Of a DNA stretch of 64,000 bases, positions 1 through 13,684 are shown piece after piece (position 1 is the first letter of the stretch; each line of letters starts with the position of its first letter). The DNA is from Octopus vulgaris. Lineage: Eukaryota. The translations under genes and the position numbers were made by a program. Where the stretch lies: positions 79,484,001 to 79,548,000 of the forward strand of contig OX597830.1 of assembly GCA_951406725.2 (NCBI GenBank). Direction: 5' to 3'. The notes under the pieces are model-generated. The model saw only the letters and a list, made by a program, of their open reading frames with translations, did not search any database and was not told where the DNA came from.

Positions 1-347
1 CTACCATCTAGAATTACTAGTCCCTCTGTTGAGTCCATATTTGAAAGACCTTTCTTTCATGCCATCTCCACATATATGAACCTTTAACGAGGTCACCTTT
101 ACACTTCTTTCTTTTCAGAATCATTAAGTGCAAGTGTACTGCTATCCATTATTACTCACCAATAGGAAAAATAAGAGCCAACTGTACCAGAAAAGGAAAA
201 GGTATGCAAATATATTTTTTTAAATGCATGTAAATTGTTGCTGTTATTGAAATTCTTTGGCAAAATCATGAACTAATTATTCAATAAAATTTCTACTGAC
301 AAACGTTAGCAATAAAAATTAAAAAGAAAAACATTAAAAGCAATTAC

Positions 348-435
348 CTTTGCAATATTCCAACCATCTTCTGGAAACTTTACCTCACCAAATGCATCAC
401 AGGGTTTTGATAGCTTTTTATCTGTAGCGTTGTTT
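348..435 (-). CDS. TRPM: TRPM N-terminal exon: NNATDKKLSKPCDAFGEVKFPEDGWNIAK
   Basis: ctttgatag| ... |gtaatt; 88 nt, phase 2 to 0. PxDAFGxxxF...AK motif, which normally precedes the YVRV exon. Confidence 0.85.
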
Positions 436-689
436 CTATCAAAGACAATCAGAAACCAAATGAACAACTGAAATAAAGTTGTGATGGGGAAGGTAGAAAA
501 AGGAAAATAACAAAATCAAGAGAGAAAGAACAACTCCAATGAAAGATACAAAGATCCACAGATGTAGATACATAAATCCATTCATGGAAGTAAACATCTT
601 TTAATTTAGTTAAATAAAATAATGATTAATTTTAAATAAACTGAAAGGAATACAAGAAGTTATTTTACCGGCAGAAGTAAATGAAGAAA

Positions 690-930
690 ATGGGGTACAC
701 AGTCGAATAGAGATTTTACATCTGGGATGGTGCTTCTGCTACACATACAGGTATCATAAGACAACATCCAGAAAAAGGTTACTCAATTGACTGGCATGAA
801 GTCACCAATATACATCAAATTCTGACACACAGATGTGCTGTGTCTTCTCTTTGCCTTTTCAACCACTACTAAAATAGCCTCTGCGTCTAAGAGCTAGTTA
901 GTCTCTTGTAACCCTACCTGGATATCATTG
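690..930 (+). mobile_element. Degenerate LINE (CR1/Jockey-group) RT C-terminal fragment
   Basis: Broken translation WDGASATH..DNIQKKVTQL..RCAVSSLCLFNHY resembles the post-RT region of these LINEs. Confidence 0.45.
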
Positions 931-940
931 ATACACACAC

Positions 941-1101
941 TTTTACCATCTAGTTTACTGGACCAGTTGGTTTCTGATTTTAGTTTAGCAAATAAATAAT
1001 ATTCGCTAGGTGAAATCTTCTTCAACAGGTACACCTTAGATTAAATATATGAAACATGAGGCAAATCAGAAACCAATTGGTCCAGGAAACTAGATGGTAA
1101 A
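941..1101. repeat. Short foldback/MITE, ~40-bp arms
   Basis: ttttaccatctagtttactggaccagttggtttctgattt ... aaatcagaaaccaattggtccaggaaactagatggtaaaa (2 mismatches). Confidence 0.85.
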
Positions 1102-1339
1102 AGTTTTTATTTTTTCATTTTGTTCCTGTCGAATGTTATCCTTAATTTTGTGGTTATGGAACCTAGCTGTTCTTTCTAGCGTGTTGAATCTCACGAGTGG
1201 ATTTCTTATGTGTTTAAATGTACACTGTATTTTATGAGTAGTACATAGTCTTTGGACTAAATTTTTACACGCTAGGCCACTGAAAGTGAAAATTTCTATC
1301 AATTTCCATTTCCCTTCGATATGATTAAGTATATATATA

Positions 1340-1391
<52 letters not shown>

Positions 1392-1554
1392 GAGCAAAAC
1401 GCCCCGACCCTCCATTCAATGGATGGCGCTGAGTTGTCAAACATTTAAACCAAATTTTCTCAAAACAACTTGTCCGACTGTCCCATTTTGTGGCATTATT
1501 TCAAGCCAGCCGGCTTTTTTTGCACAAACTGCACGTGCATTTTTCTCGCGTATA

Positions 1555-2015
1555 TGTAGTATCAATCGCAACAGCTGATGTACTTGCACATACAAATGCA
1601 CGTTCCCATGGCTTTATCGATCGCATTCTCACCTGGAATTGATTTTTGTGATATTGAGTGACAGACACACCATATTGAGCTCTCACTGGCAGCCGTTAGC
1701 TGCTCAAGACCAGAGCAAGATCTCACAAACTTCCGGTGGGCATACACAATGAGACAGTAGGCCTTTCCTGAAGGACACCTGTATAAGACAGCTCTTGAGT
1801 GTGTTCATTCTCTGTTCCCGCACACCTCTCATGCTAGAATCAGCTCATCTCACTAGCAGCAACCCACTGTCTCACACATACAACATGCCAGACGATACAC
1901 TGCGCTAGTGATGGTTAATGAGAGCCAAACTTCGAGCCTGTAAATAAATGTTATTCAGATTTGTTATCTCACTTTGGTCTTCAACTTGATACTTTGACTG
2001 GATTTAAATTTATAA
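1555..2015 (+). mobile_element. Possible solo LTR-like sequence
   Basis: Starts TGTAGT, is GC-richer than its flanks, and has internal TATAA and AATAAA followed by tgggagac (PBS-like). No matching copy seen in the window. Confidence 0.3.
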
Positions 2016-2252
2016 TGGGAGACACAAGATACCCTACCAGTATCTTGGCTAACAATGGCCCCCCATTATTAGTATCTCTCAAGCATATAAAAAGAGACAT
2101 ATGAAAATCAACACGTAAGCTTAAGAGTTATCTCCTTACTGACATCCTTAGAAGAAGTTGTCTACTAATTACTGGGATAATTTCAGCTGATCAAAGTTTT
2201 TCAACTCACTATATACCACAACTGAAAACCAGGGACATATTTTTTGTATTAC

Positions 2253-2290
2253 CTCAATTTTATGTTTTCCTGCATCCATTTCTTTATATC
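2253..2290 (-). CDS. TRPM: TRPM extreme N-terminal micro-exon: DIKKWMQENIKL(R)
   Basis: Strong acceptor tttttttttatttcag| and donor |gtaata; 38 nt, phase 0 to 2. Resembles TRPM2 SWIPENIKKKEC and is phase-compatible with exon 348-435. Confidence 0.7.
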
Positions 2291-3939
2291 CTGAAATAAA
2301 AAAAAAGATGTAATTTGAATGTTTGAAAGAATGATGGAGTTCCGTTTAACATTAATTCTATAACATGGAGTCTCAAATTTTACAACAAATTATACCTTGA
2401 AGACGTAAGTGAATACTTGTAGTGCAAAACATGAATGGAGACATGATTATCTGGTGGTGATAATCCAATCCATATTAACAAAGACACATGATTTCTTTTA
2501 ATCTTATTTATAGTTTTTAGTATGGTACACTGGAATATGAATGGATGGAATATGAATGAATGAATGAAATCATCTGGGTTGAAACAGAATTTCAACCTAT
2601 TTAAATAACTGTTTAAAACTTGTAAGCTATGTCAGATTATGAAATGTATACAGTATCTCTCATATACTTTTTAAAAAGAATGGAAAATGAGTATAGAAAA
2701 CAGTTGAATGATCCTGTTATTGAATATTTTGTAGCTCCCATATATTAAGTTGCAACTTTAGCCTTGTTAGACCTTTTAAAACTAATATTCTAAACTTTCT
2801 TTCTATCAGGCAGCTAATATTTGGAACTGGATCTAATAATTCCATAAGATTTCTGAATAACCAGCATAAGGTTATTCCATATGACATATTCATAATAGAA
2901 TATAGCTTAAAGAAATATGGCTCATTCAAAGCCAACAAAGTCATTGTATGTTAACCCCACTTTGTCTCTGATGCATTTTATACATTGAGAGGTTTGGCTG
3001 AGAAAATGGAGGTATATAGAGAAGAGTATAACTAATTATGAGGTCCTGGAAGAAATGGTGAACTGTGACACGAGAATGCAGGGTTTAACAAATAAAATTA
3101 TGCAGGGTCAATAGGATTTGTGATATACAATAGAATTGACCTATGCAACAATGTGTCACCATAGAAAAATAGATGTTTAAATGATAATGATGATGTTTAA
3201 TAGTACTTATCATCTTAGTTGTTTTATACGAAGCACATGACAACAATTTTATTGGAAGAGAAATACAAAGCTATGATAACTTCTTATTTCTCTTCAAACA
3301 GAAACTGAAACTAGGACTTGAAACTGAGAATTAAAACCAGGTGACTGCCTCAGTTCACTGGGTGTTTATCTTCCAATGTAAGAGGCTTAGTAATGTCCAA
3401 CTATAAGTACATTCTTTGAAGTCTTTCTTCCTTTGTTTATGAAGCCAGTGCCATTCAACTTCATAATTATACTCTCTGATTAATTTACTCTTTTTGCTTT
3501 AAATAGAAATCACAGTGGAGCTCAAAACAGTCCTCCAAATCAGTGGATCCTATGGGATCAACCAACCCATGCCAGCAGGGAAGATAGAAGTAAAAGGATT
3601 ATATTACTACATTATTATATGTTTGTGCGTGTGTGCACGTGCATATATATATATATATATATATATTATGGTAAGACTTCAACAATTCATATAGCACTCA
3701 ATCAGCTAAGAAAGTAAAGAAATTATTAGTATAATAAAACCCCAACTCTTATGGAATAAAACTAATCAGGGTTTCCTGGTTGAAATATTAATTTATTTCA
3801 ACACTTTTCAAGCTGGTAATAACAAGACACTTATTCAGTTGCATTCAAAGCAGTTGACAACTGAATACGAACGCTCATTTAGAAAAAGGCAGAAAGAAAG
3901 AATGCAGAGAGGAAAGCACAGGGGAGATAACCAATGTTA

Positions 3940-4380
3940 CATCATCATCATCATCATCATCGTTTAACGTCTGTTCTCCATGCTAGCATGTGTTGGACGG
4001 TTCGACCGGGGATCTGTGAAGCCAGAAGGCTGCACCAGGCTCCGGTCTTATCTGGCAACGTTTCTACAGCTGGATGCCCTTCCTAACGCCAACCACCCCG
4101 TGAGTGTAGTGGGTGCTTTTTATGTGCCACCTGCACTGGTGCCAGGCGAGGCTGGCATCGGCCACGGTCGGATTGGTGCATTTTACGTGCCACCTGTACG
4201 GAAGCCAGTCGAGGTGGCACTGGCTTCGGCCACGATTCGGATGGTGCTTTTTTTACGTGCCACCGACACGGAAGCCAGTCGAGGCAGCGCTGGCATCGGC
4301 CACGATTCAGTTAGTACTTTTTACGTATCTCCAGTCCAGGGGTCCTGGCATCTGCCAGTTGCCAGTCATAGGATTGGTTA
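3940..4380 (-). mobile_element. RTE 3'-end-derived short retroposon with ~60-bp internal tandem repeats and (CAT)n tail
   Basis: (cat)n-cgtttaacgtc..ccatgctagcatg..cagctggatgcccttcctaacgccaacc is the reverse complement of the RTE 3' end at 13430-13640 and 41340-41850. Confidence 0.8.
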
Positions 4381-4936
4381 CAACAAACATTATTCATATA
4401 ACAATTACACAGATCAAATTGGAATGGTTTATGATGTGTCCAGTGGTCTATCTTTAATTTCTGCTAAGATGCATTTTTTGAAATGCAGATGTAAAGAAGA
4501 AACCTTGTTCCTGGAATTTACATGGTCATTAGAGACCTTCAAGTTCTTTAAATGATAATTTTTGGAGGGAACATATTAAACATCTTTTTTGACTCTTAAT
4601 ACGTATTTTTAATCCTATAATAAAGAGACCAAAATACGTGGCTTTTTTACATGGTGGTGGCATCGATGCTCCCTTACATGGGGCTGGTACAGATGCATTT
4701 TTATGTGACACTGGCATCGGTGCCTGTTATGTGATGCAGACATTAATGATTTTGAGCTAGAGCTAGCACGAATGCTTTTTATGTGGCACCAGCATCTATG
4801 GGGTTTCCAAATAATTTGCAAAACAAGAATATCTCAGCTTAGAGAGGAGAAGTTGGATTATGATAGAAGGACAGGGATAGCAGTCTTACCACAGAGGACA
4901 TACTTGGTAACCCAATATGACAAGAAAGGGTAGTGA

Positions 4937-4975
<39 letters not shown>

Positions 4976-5787
4976 AAGATAGTAAGTGTGTGAGTGTGAG
5001 AAATAGAGAGAGAGAAAAATAGTAAGTGTATGTGTGTGTGTGAGAGAGAGAGGGGGGTTACCTATATGGAACAGTGGCAGGGAAGTGTATAAGTAGCACA
5101 GAGGGGATAGAGTATATGTGGCATAAGAATGTGAAGGGACAGTCATGGTCGTACAGGACATGCCTGTATGTATGGATGACCACGATTTTACTTTGCTTGA
5201 CATGTTTTTTTCAAGCCTAGCAAATCGTGAGAAGTCTCAGCCCTTCATCATCTACTCAGTGAGTTTATATATGGGAATATATAAGTAGATTTGTGTGTGT
5301 GAATGTATGTGTGATTCTCTCTATATGTATGTGTGTATGTATCTGACCAATGACTACTAAAGGTCATAGTGGGAAATTCACATGTGCAGCCAACCATGCA
5401 GAACAAATGGGAAATACAGCCAAACAAAAGTCAATACCACTGAAGGTTTAGCCTGTGTCACACACTACCCTCAATAGTAGTCGGACAAACATGCTATCAG
5501 AGTTCACACCATGAGGTTCTCAGCCACAACCAAATTCAAACTACTACAAACAGAAAGAATGGCCTTGAAGTGGAAGATTTTAAACTAACAGAGATAATAC
5601 TTGTATACCGCCTGAGGAAACACAACTAGATCTCTTTATGCAAGCAAACAGTTGCATAATTAAATACTTGTATCCTTGGAGAACTATGTAGTGAATAACA
5701 AACAAATGTCCAACAGTACTCCCTTTTCATGACTTCAATTTCTTCAATTATATATGTGTGTGTGTGTAGATATATACAGAGTGACAA

Positions 5788-5818
<31 letters not shown>

Positions 5819-6297
5819 AAGAGAAAAAGAAAGAGAGAGAGAGGGAGAAGTAATGTTTATGTAATGTTTATCACTATCTGAAACAGGGGTGTTTAAAAGG
5901 TGTGACATGCAGTGTCTGATTTTGCAACAAGCATACTAGCAAGTTAAGAAAACGCATATAAGAAATGAAAGCAGATTTTACACAGAGCAGTAAATTTTCT
6001 ATATATTGTGAGAAGGGGAGAACTACTGCTATGTCTCGCAGATGAGTATCCACCACCAAGGATGACCATAAGGAGATCCAAACCATACGGCCTAGTAATC
6101 TCGGGGCTAAAATAGTAGGGAGCTATCTCCACTCTTTTAATATATATCAAGTGCAGAGTGCATTGAATAACAAGCTGGAGCTAAACTAGCAGTATCGTCG
6201 GTTCCAAGAGAACACCCATATTTAGGTGGCGGTAAACTCCCAGTATAAATACTGCTTTATCTCTGATAGAGATTGTCTTAACTAGCTAGTTTATTTG

Positions 6298-6358
<61 letters not shown>

Positions 6359-6619
6359 AGGATTTCCAGATGAAACGACTGGTCATACTGACACCAGTTT
6401 CTGTACGAATCAGTCAATTACTCCTTGAGATATTTTGCAAAGAAAGAGTACAGGCTGCAATAGTTTTGTGCCAGCCTCAGTATCTCTTCCAAAATGAGAA
6501 ATGTTAAGAGGACTAAGATCATCCAGTAATGGTACCAATATTCATTCTCTGGCTTCCATCTTCAAAATCCTTTTAAAAACTAACAAAAGAATTGTGAATA
6601 AGTTTGAAAATGTGGGTAT

Positions 6620-7100
6620 AGAGAAGGAGGGGAGCTGGATCAGGATGTCATAACTACAAAAGATATCATCATTTTAATCTGGACCTGAAGAGATCGGTCA
6701 GAAGAGATCCATCTCAATCTATAAGACATTTGGCACATAAGAGTGGATTTTCGGCTACGAAATTTCCAAGAATGGTGATAAAAGACTTGAAAAGGAAGCA
6801 GTACTCAGACCTGTGAGGTACCTTGTTACTCCGGGACAAAAGGTTAGAAGGTTGGAGAGAGTGAAGATCATGTTGAACAACGGGAAACACAACCCTAGAT
6901 TGAGCTTTGCTCAAATGAGATTTTCACCCAAGATAAGCATACAAACATGCAACAACCACGTTTTGGCTTCAGCTCCTCAGGAGAGAGAGCCAAAAGTGTC
7001 ATTTTTTGGTGCAAAACGCTACTAAGATGATGCTTTTCGCCTATGTGGCCTCTGATGGCATGAAAATGCAACTGATTATGTTTGAGAAGACTGACAGGAG
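6620..7100 (+). mobile_element. Degenerate Tc1/mariner (maT/DD37D-like) transposase fragment
   Basis: LVTPGQKVRRLERVKIMLN...FTQDKH.N.N..VLA and KMMLFAYVASDGMKMQLIMF motifs, with frameshifts. Confidence 0.55.
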
Positions 7101-7863
7101 TTTGTTATGTTCAGATTTTGAAAGATGTAAAAACCTGGATTCTTTCTTAATATCCTGAGACAAATCACGAGGGATACCCCAACAATTTCGCTAAGGATTT
7201 CAAGTTTACATGTCCTTGTCTATCAAGTACAGTGGCTGGAAAGTTCCTCAGGGATGAGCTTGAGAACAGGTTTGAGGATTTGAACCATCTGGACGTCAGC
7301 ATCTGGGATGAACTGATAAGAAAAAGTTTGAGTGAAGATTCACAGTAACTTGCACACCTGCAAAACATCCATGGGAGGAGAGCATTGATAAGGAATTCAT
7401 TAAGAGAGCTTATAGTGCAGTTCAGTAGAGTGTTGAGGAAATCATCGCCAAAAGAGGAGCAAATCTTGATGCCGAACAGGTAGGATTTCAGCTAGGCATA
7501 TCTTTGGCACCTCAAAATAAATCTTGATGTTTCTATTCGATCTTTACTCGAATCATCTATGAGCTTTGAATACTGAGTTATGGTTAATTATTTATGAAAA
7601 TGTCATTTCTATGAATCAAATGTTTGAAACCAAAGTTTGGACAATTTTGTTGATACACCCAGGATATACACCTAGTCCATGTTAATTTGCTGAATTCTAC
7701 AAGCTCTTTTCATTCTCTCTCTGTTTATTTACTCTTATTCTCTTTTGTTGAAGAGCGTAGGCTTGAAACGTAAAAGACTTTTTATTTTTCCCGTTCTTCA
7801 AATTAATACACTTGCTTGTTTTTCATACACCTGTCATCGTCTTTATTTTTCTATAAATTTCAG

Positions 7864-7909
<46 letters not shown>

Positions 7910-7915
<6 letters not shown>

Positions 7916-8258
7916 CCACAGCGTGGCACCTTGGGCAAGTGTCTTCTACTATAGCCTCAGCCCGACCAAAGCCTTGTGAGTGGATTTGGTAGACAGAAAC
8001 TGAAAGAAGCCCATCGTATATATATATGTGAGTGTGTGTGTTTGTATGTCTGTTTTTGTCCCCCACAACATCGCTTGACATCCGATGCTTGTGTGTTTAT
8101 GTCTCCATAACTTAGCGGTTCGGTAAAAAGCGACCGATAGAATAAGTACTAGGCTTACAAAAAATAAGTCCTGCGGTTGATTTGCTCGACTAAATGTGGT
8201 GCTCCAGCATGACCTCAGTCAAATGACTGAAACAAGTAAAAGAATAAAAGAAATAAAA
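7910..8258 (+). mobile_element. SINE (5'-truncated; same family as 27025-27395)
   Basis: ggcaccttgggcaagtgtcttctactatagcctc...gactgaaacaagtaaaagaataaaaga is shared with the 27 kb copy. Confidence 0.8.
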
Positions 8259-8544
8259 GAATATATATGTATGTCTGTCTGCTGGAAATAACAGTCAAAA
8301 CTCTTATTTAAATTGCCAAAAATTAACACTGATGATAACTTAATTCTAATTATAATCCTTCAGCTATTTAATGCTTTTTCAGGGCTTGCAGTCGCCTATA
8401 TTATTGATTCTGTTATTATCCTTTTTATAATAGTCATTCCAGATGATAACAAAATTAATAATGTCTGAGCAAATTAATTTTCGAGAATTACATTTTTCTT
8501 CTCACGAATTGTTTGCCCTTGTATATATATATATATATATATAT

Positions 8545-8768
8545 CATCATCATCGTTTACCGTCCGTTTTCCATGCTGGCATGGGTTGGACGCTTCGACC
8601 GGGGTCTGGGAAGCCAGGAGGCTGCACCAAGCTCCAGTCTGATCTGGCAGTGTTTCTACAGCTGGATGCCCTTCCTAACACCAACCACTCTGTGAGTGTA
8701 GTGGGTGCTTTTTATGTGCCAGGGGAGGTTGGCAACGGCCACGATCGGTTGGTGCTTTTTACGTGCCA
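8545..8768 (-). mobile_element. RTE-tail short retroposon copy
   Basis: Same family as 3940-4380; adjacent to (TA)n. Confidence 0.8.
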
Positions 8769-8794
8769 TATATATATAAGCATATGTATGTATG

Positions 8795-8997
8795 TATAGT
8801 TTAGGACAATCAGTAAGTTGTCATAATAGGACTCAGAGTTTCAAATGCCAGAGCTAAGAGCTACGATGCATTCTCATCAGCTATGATGACAACCGACGCA
8901 ATAAAAAAACGTTTGAATATATGGAAAGTTATTCTAATAGCTTAGCTCCGGCATTCTGAGTCCTATTATGACAATTTACTGATTGTCCTAAACTATA
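8795..8997. mobile_element. MITE with ~65-bp TIRs in TA context
   Basis: tatagtttaggacaatcagtaagttgtcataataggactcaga...tctgagtcctattatgacaatttactgattgtcctaaactata. Confidence 0.85.
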
Positions 8998-9059
8998 TAT
9001 ATATAAATTCCTCTATTTACCTAATATTGGGGTCTCATTTATTTGTTGTCATTTTATTA

Positions 9060-9915
9060 TTATCATTTTTTCCTTCTTTCTTAAAATTTTCTTCCGTTTC
9101 TCGCCAAGTGTTTTCCGCACATCTAGGGCAGAGAAGCTCATTGTATGCATTCCCAGATTACACATGCAAATTCACAGGTAAAATATGTATTTCAAAATTA
9201 ATAAATAAATAAATTCATGAATTGATGTTTTCACAGCGATAATGCTCTTCTCAGTACATGAGTCGTTCCAGTTAATACGATTTTATGCAATTCCTGTAGG
9301 GATGGTAAGCCTGGTATCATTTTCAAATAGGTTTCAGTACCTTTTTTTATCATTCCTAGAGATCCTACAATCACTGGTACAGTAGCCGCCTTGAGATGCC
9401 ACATTTTTTTCAATTTCTATTATCAAGTCTTTATATTTACTGATCTTGTCAAATTCTTTCGCCGCTATATTCTGATCGCAAGGAATACTCATGTCAATTA
9501 ATAAACACATCCTTTTTGTCTGATCTTTTATAATAATATCCGGTTTATTAGCTTTTATAGTTTTGTCAGTATGTACGGTGAAGTCCCATAGAATCGACAC
9601 ATTTTCTCCCTCAGTCACAGCTTCAGGATGGTGTTTATACCATTTGTCAGCGGTTTTGATTTTATAATGCCGACATATTGTCCAATGTAAATACTGGCCA
9701 ACTCTGTCATGTCTTGCTTTATATTCTACAGGTGCTAAGACTCTACACCCTGAGATTAGGTGGTCTATAGTTTCAATTTCATCGTTACAGAATTGGCATT
9801 TTGGGTCAGCTCCATTTTTTATCACATTGGCTTGATAGTTCCAGGTTAATAAGCTTTGGTCTTGAACAGCTAATATAAAGCCTTTACTCTCTGCTTTTAG
9901 CCCTGAGCTTCGTAA
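9060..9915 (-). mobile_element. R4/Dong-like non-LTR retrotransposon, 5'-truncated (CCHC finger + RLE endonuclease + 3' UTR)
   Basis: CQFCNDEIETIDHLISGC, RHDRV, LWDFTVHTDKTIKANKPDIII, KMWHLKAATVPVIVGSLG. The 3' UTR is shared with 57120-57420. Confidence 0.85.
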
Positions 9916-9926
9916 GTGCGTCTCTC

Positions 9927-9974
<48 letters not shown>

Positions 9975-10254
9975 ATAGATGTGTGTGTCTGTGCGTGTAT
10001 TCCCTTTTCTTTTGCCTTTGCAACGGGTACATTCTCTCTCACTCTCTCTGTCTCTATCCATCTATCATCGTCCCTCCTTCGCTATTTCAATTGATAGGCA
10101 AATAATGCCAAACTAGTTGTAATGTATATGCGTACCCATTAAGCATTTCTTGGACTAAAGGAAATTGAAACTGTAATTGTGATATTTTTAAAACTAAGCA
10201 CAGGGACCAGCAGCCTCCTGGCCTTTGTTCTTTAAAATGTTTTTCTTTTCAGAA

Positions 10255-13200
10255 GAAATGTTTTTCTTTTCAGAATATTTCTCCAACCTTCTTCCTATTT
10301 CTAGAAGCTCTGAGATATCACAATCAATGTTGGCACTATGAAAGGTTGGTATGGAGAGATAGTCGAGATGCTTGAGTGGAAACATGTAAATGTATGTTGT
10401 ACCCAAGAGGTACGATGAAGGGGGTCCTCTGCTAGACTGCTTATGAGCAAAGGGCATAGATGCACATTTTTCAGAGTAGGCAACAATGAAGTCATAGGTG
10501 GCGTAGGTATTCTACCAGTGGAGAAATGGATGGATAAGGTGATCGAGGTAGTCAGGGTATGTGATAGGATTATTAAGCTAAGAATAGCCTTGTTTGAGAT
10601 AATTGTTAGTTATTTCCACACGCGGAACTCGCAGATACTCAGAAGGACCACTTCTACGAATCCCTTCTAACGACTACCTCGACGATGAAAGACAGCGACA
10701 TTCTCTTCATGAGAGTAGAATTCAATGGACATGTTGGAAAACACTCTGATTGATATGTATGATTGATATTGTTTGCCCTTGTTATATATATATATATATC
10801 ATCATCATCGTTTAACGTCCGTTTTCCATGCTGGCATTGGTTGGACGCTTCGACTGGGGTCTGGGAAGCCAGGAGGCTGCACCAGGCTCCAGTCTGATCT
10901 GGCAATGTTTCTACAGCTGGATGCCCTTCCTAACACCAACCACCGAAAATAAGGAGGAGACAAGGCTATTGGGGTTTTGTGATGCTCATGGCTTACTGGT
11001 CTGTAACACTAACTTCAGAAAACCAGCCAACCATTTATCAATCTGGGGGATTACACCAGTCAGATTGACTACATCCTCACCAGACACAGGGATAGATATA
11101 TGCTCATAAATGCAAAATCTTATCCAGGTGAAGAATGTACAACTCAGTATAAGCTAATGGTTGGTGACTTCAGGCTTTGGGACAGAAAGATCCAGAGACA
11201 CAAGCCAATATCGAAAAAAGGTTGTAGAAGCTTAAGGATCCTCAAAGAGGGCAAAAATTTAGATATGTCCTTAATGAGGCCTTTGATGAGAAAGAAGAAG
11301 CGGCAAAGACATGACACAGAGAACAACTGGAAGTTCCTACGGAAGAGCAACAGACTAAGTTTTTGGTTGGTGACAAAGCCTCATCCAGACCAATGATGAT
11401 GTGGTGTGGAATAGTGATGTTGCCATGGCCATAAAACAGAAGAGATGGATCTAGAGAGAGTGGAAAAGAAAGGGTGGCAAAGAATCATATCAGAAAGCTA
11501 AACATCAGGTATCTAGCAAGGGTAGAAGTAGAAAAGACTAGAGACTGTGAATGTTCTGGATTGCTAGACAATGTGCCAGAAAGAATCGAGACAATGTGGG
11601 AGAGACGTGTGTATGGATGGATAATGTGAACAAGAAGGATACATGGAAAAGTTACTATGCAAGAGTTGTGAATGCGGAGAATGAATAGGATAAAGGAATC
11701 TCCCACACAGGAACCCAACAGAAGGGCCAGCTATCCTAGTCAACAGCAGTATGGTACAGAAAGCAATTAAAGTCATGTAAACTGGTCCATCCGGAATTAC
11801 TGACTAGATACTCAAATTATCCGGTAAGGTAGGATATGGACTTGTCACCCGCATATTTAGTCCGGTCATTCAGGAGGGTGTAATGCTCAGTGACTGGCAT
11901 AGCAGCTTTATTGTTAGCTGCTACAAGGGTAAGGGTTATGCTTTTGATAGAAGCAATTATAGAGTCATCACACTCCTAGACCAGGCGAGGAAAATTACGA
12001 AGAGAATTATAGCCCTATTAATTAGAAGCTGAATTAGTCTAGACTAAATGCTGTTTGGTTTCTTCCGGGGAAGAAGCACTACCGATGTTATTTTCTTAGT
12101 CAGGCAAACTCCAAGAGAAGTACTTAGCTAAGAATAAACTAATACATTTGGCATTGGTTGATTTAGACAGAGTCTTCGATAGAATACTCTGCTGTGTAAT
12201 AGGGTGGGTTCTGAGGAATTGAGTGATAGATGAGTGGCTTGGGAACGCTGCACAGGCTAAGTACAGAGATGCTATTAGTAAGGTGAGAGTTAACCACGAG
12301 TATAGTGAAGAATTGATGTAAAGGTTGGTGTTCATCAAGGCACATTCCTCAGTCTCCTCCTTTGCATCATTGTCCTCCATGCCATAACAAAGGAATTCAA
12401 AACCGACCACCCCTGGGAGTTGCTATATGTTGGTGATCTTGCCTTTATAGCAGATTCCATATCAGAGCTGGAAGAGAAATTACAAGTGTGGTAGCAAAAC
12501 CTGAAAACTAAAGGATTTACGGTAATCTTAGCAAAGACTAAGATCTTAGTAAGCGAGAAAACAGTCAGGACGCTACACACTTCAGGTAGGTAGCCCTGCT
12601 CGATTTGTAGGAAAAGTGTAGGCAAGAACTTCATATGCTGCACTCAGTGTAAGCAATGGACCACACATGAGGTGCAGTGGATTAATAGGAAGTTTATTGG
12701 AGGCAGACGTGTTTGTATATAGAAGATGTACAGGATCCATAAAAATTACTGAGACTCAGGAAATTAATTCTTCCAAATGCTGTGGAGGCCCGTTAGAAGT
12801 AGTAATTTCTGATGCCTATCAGATCAAATTAGTTGTGAGGGGATGCACAAAGTGTGTGATGGTTAGAATATGAATAGGATGGAGGACATTCAGTGAGATT
12901 TTACCTCAGTTGGCTAGGAAAGGTTTCTCTCTCCGAGTAAAAGCTAGACTGTATGATGCGTGTACATGGAGAGTAAATACATGGTAGTGAGATGTAGGTC
13001 TTAAATGCAAAGGACATGTGAAGGTTTGAGAGGAATGAGGCAAGTATGCCCCACTGGATGTAAAATATAAGTGTACATGTTCATCAGAGTCCTAGTGTTT
13101 TGAGAGAGAAGTTAGGCATAAGAAGAATTAGATGGAGTACACAAGACAAAGAGTGTGCTGGTTTGGTCATATGATGCAAATGGATACTGACAGCTCCACA

Positions 13201-13640
13201 AAGAAGTGCCGATCTCTTATAATTGATGGAACACGTGGAAGTGAGAGAACCAGGTACACATGGGACGAAGTACTGAAGAATGACCTCACGAGGTTTAAAT
13301 TTTCAGACGAGATAACAAAGGACCTAGATGCCTGGCACCTTATTGTACTTAGGAAGACCCCACCCCTCATCAGAAGTAATGAAGTCGCTTCCCCCGAAAG
13401 AGACGAGTGTTCTGCAAGAGTCCTGTGCTGATGCCAGGTAAACATGATTGTGCAGTTCCACGTAAAAGCACCCATCACACTCTGTAAAATGGTTGGTGTT
13501 AGAAAGGACATCCAGCTGTAGAAAACATGCCAAATCAGACTGGAATCTGATGCAGCTCTCCAGCTTGCCAGCACTGATAAAACCATTCAACTCACGCCAT
13601 CATGGACAATGGACATTAAATGATGATGGTGACAATGATG
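10255..13640 (+). mobile_element. Degenerate near-full-length RTE (BovB-like) LINE
   Basis: APE motifs (NVGTMKG..EIVEMLE..CCTQEVR; LVCNTNFRKP; QIDYIL) and RT motifs (YLAKNK..LALVDLDRVFDR; VHQG; PWELLYVGDL; WFGHMMQM), with a (GAT)n tail. Many stops and frameshifts. An RTE-tail element is nested at ~10800-10945. Confidence 0.88.

Positions 13641-13684
<44 letters not shown>

Noticed and set aside
2396-2530. Coding exon upstream of 2253-2290
   Set aside because: The frame needed for a phase-0 join contains a stop and no ATG; at most it is a UTR exon.
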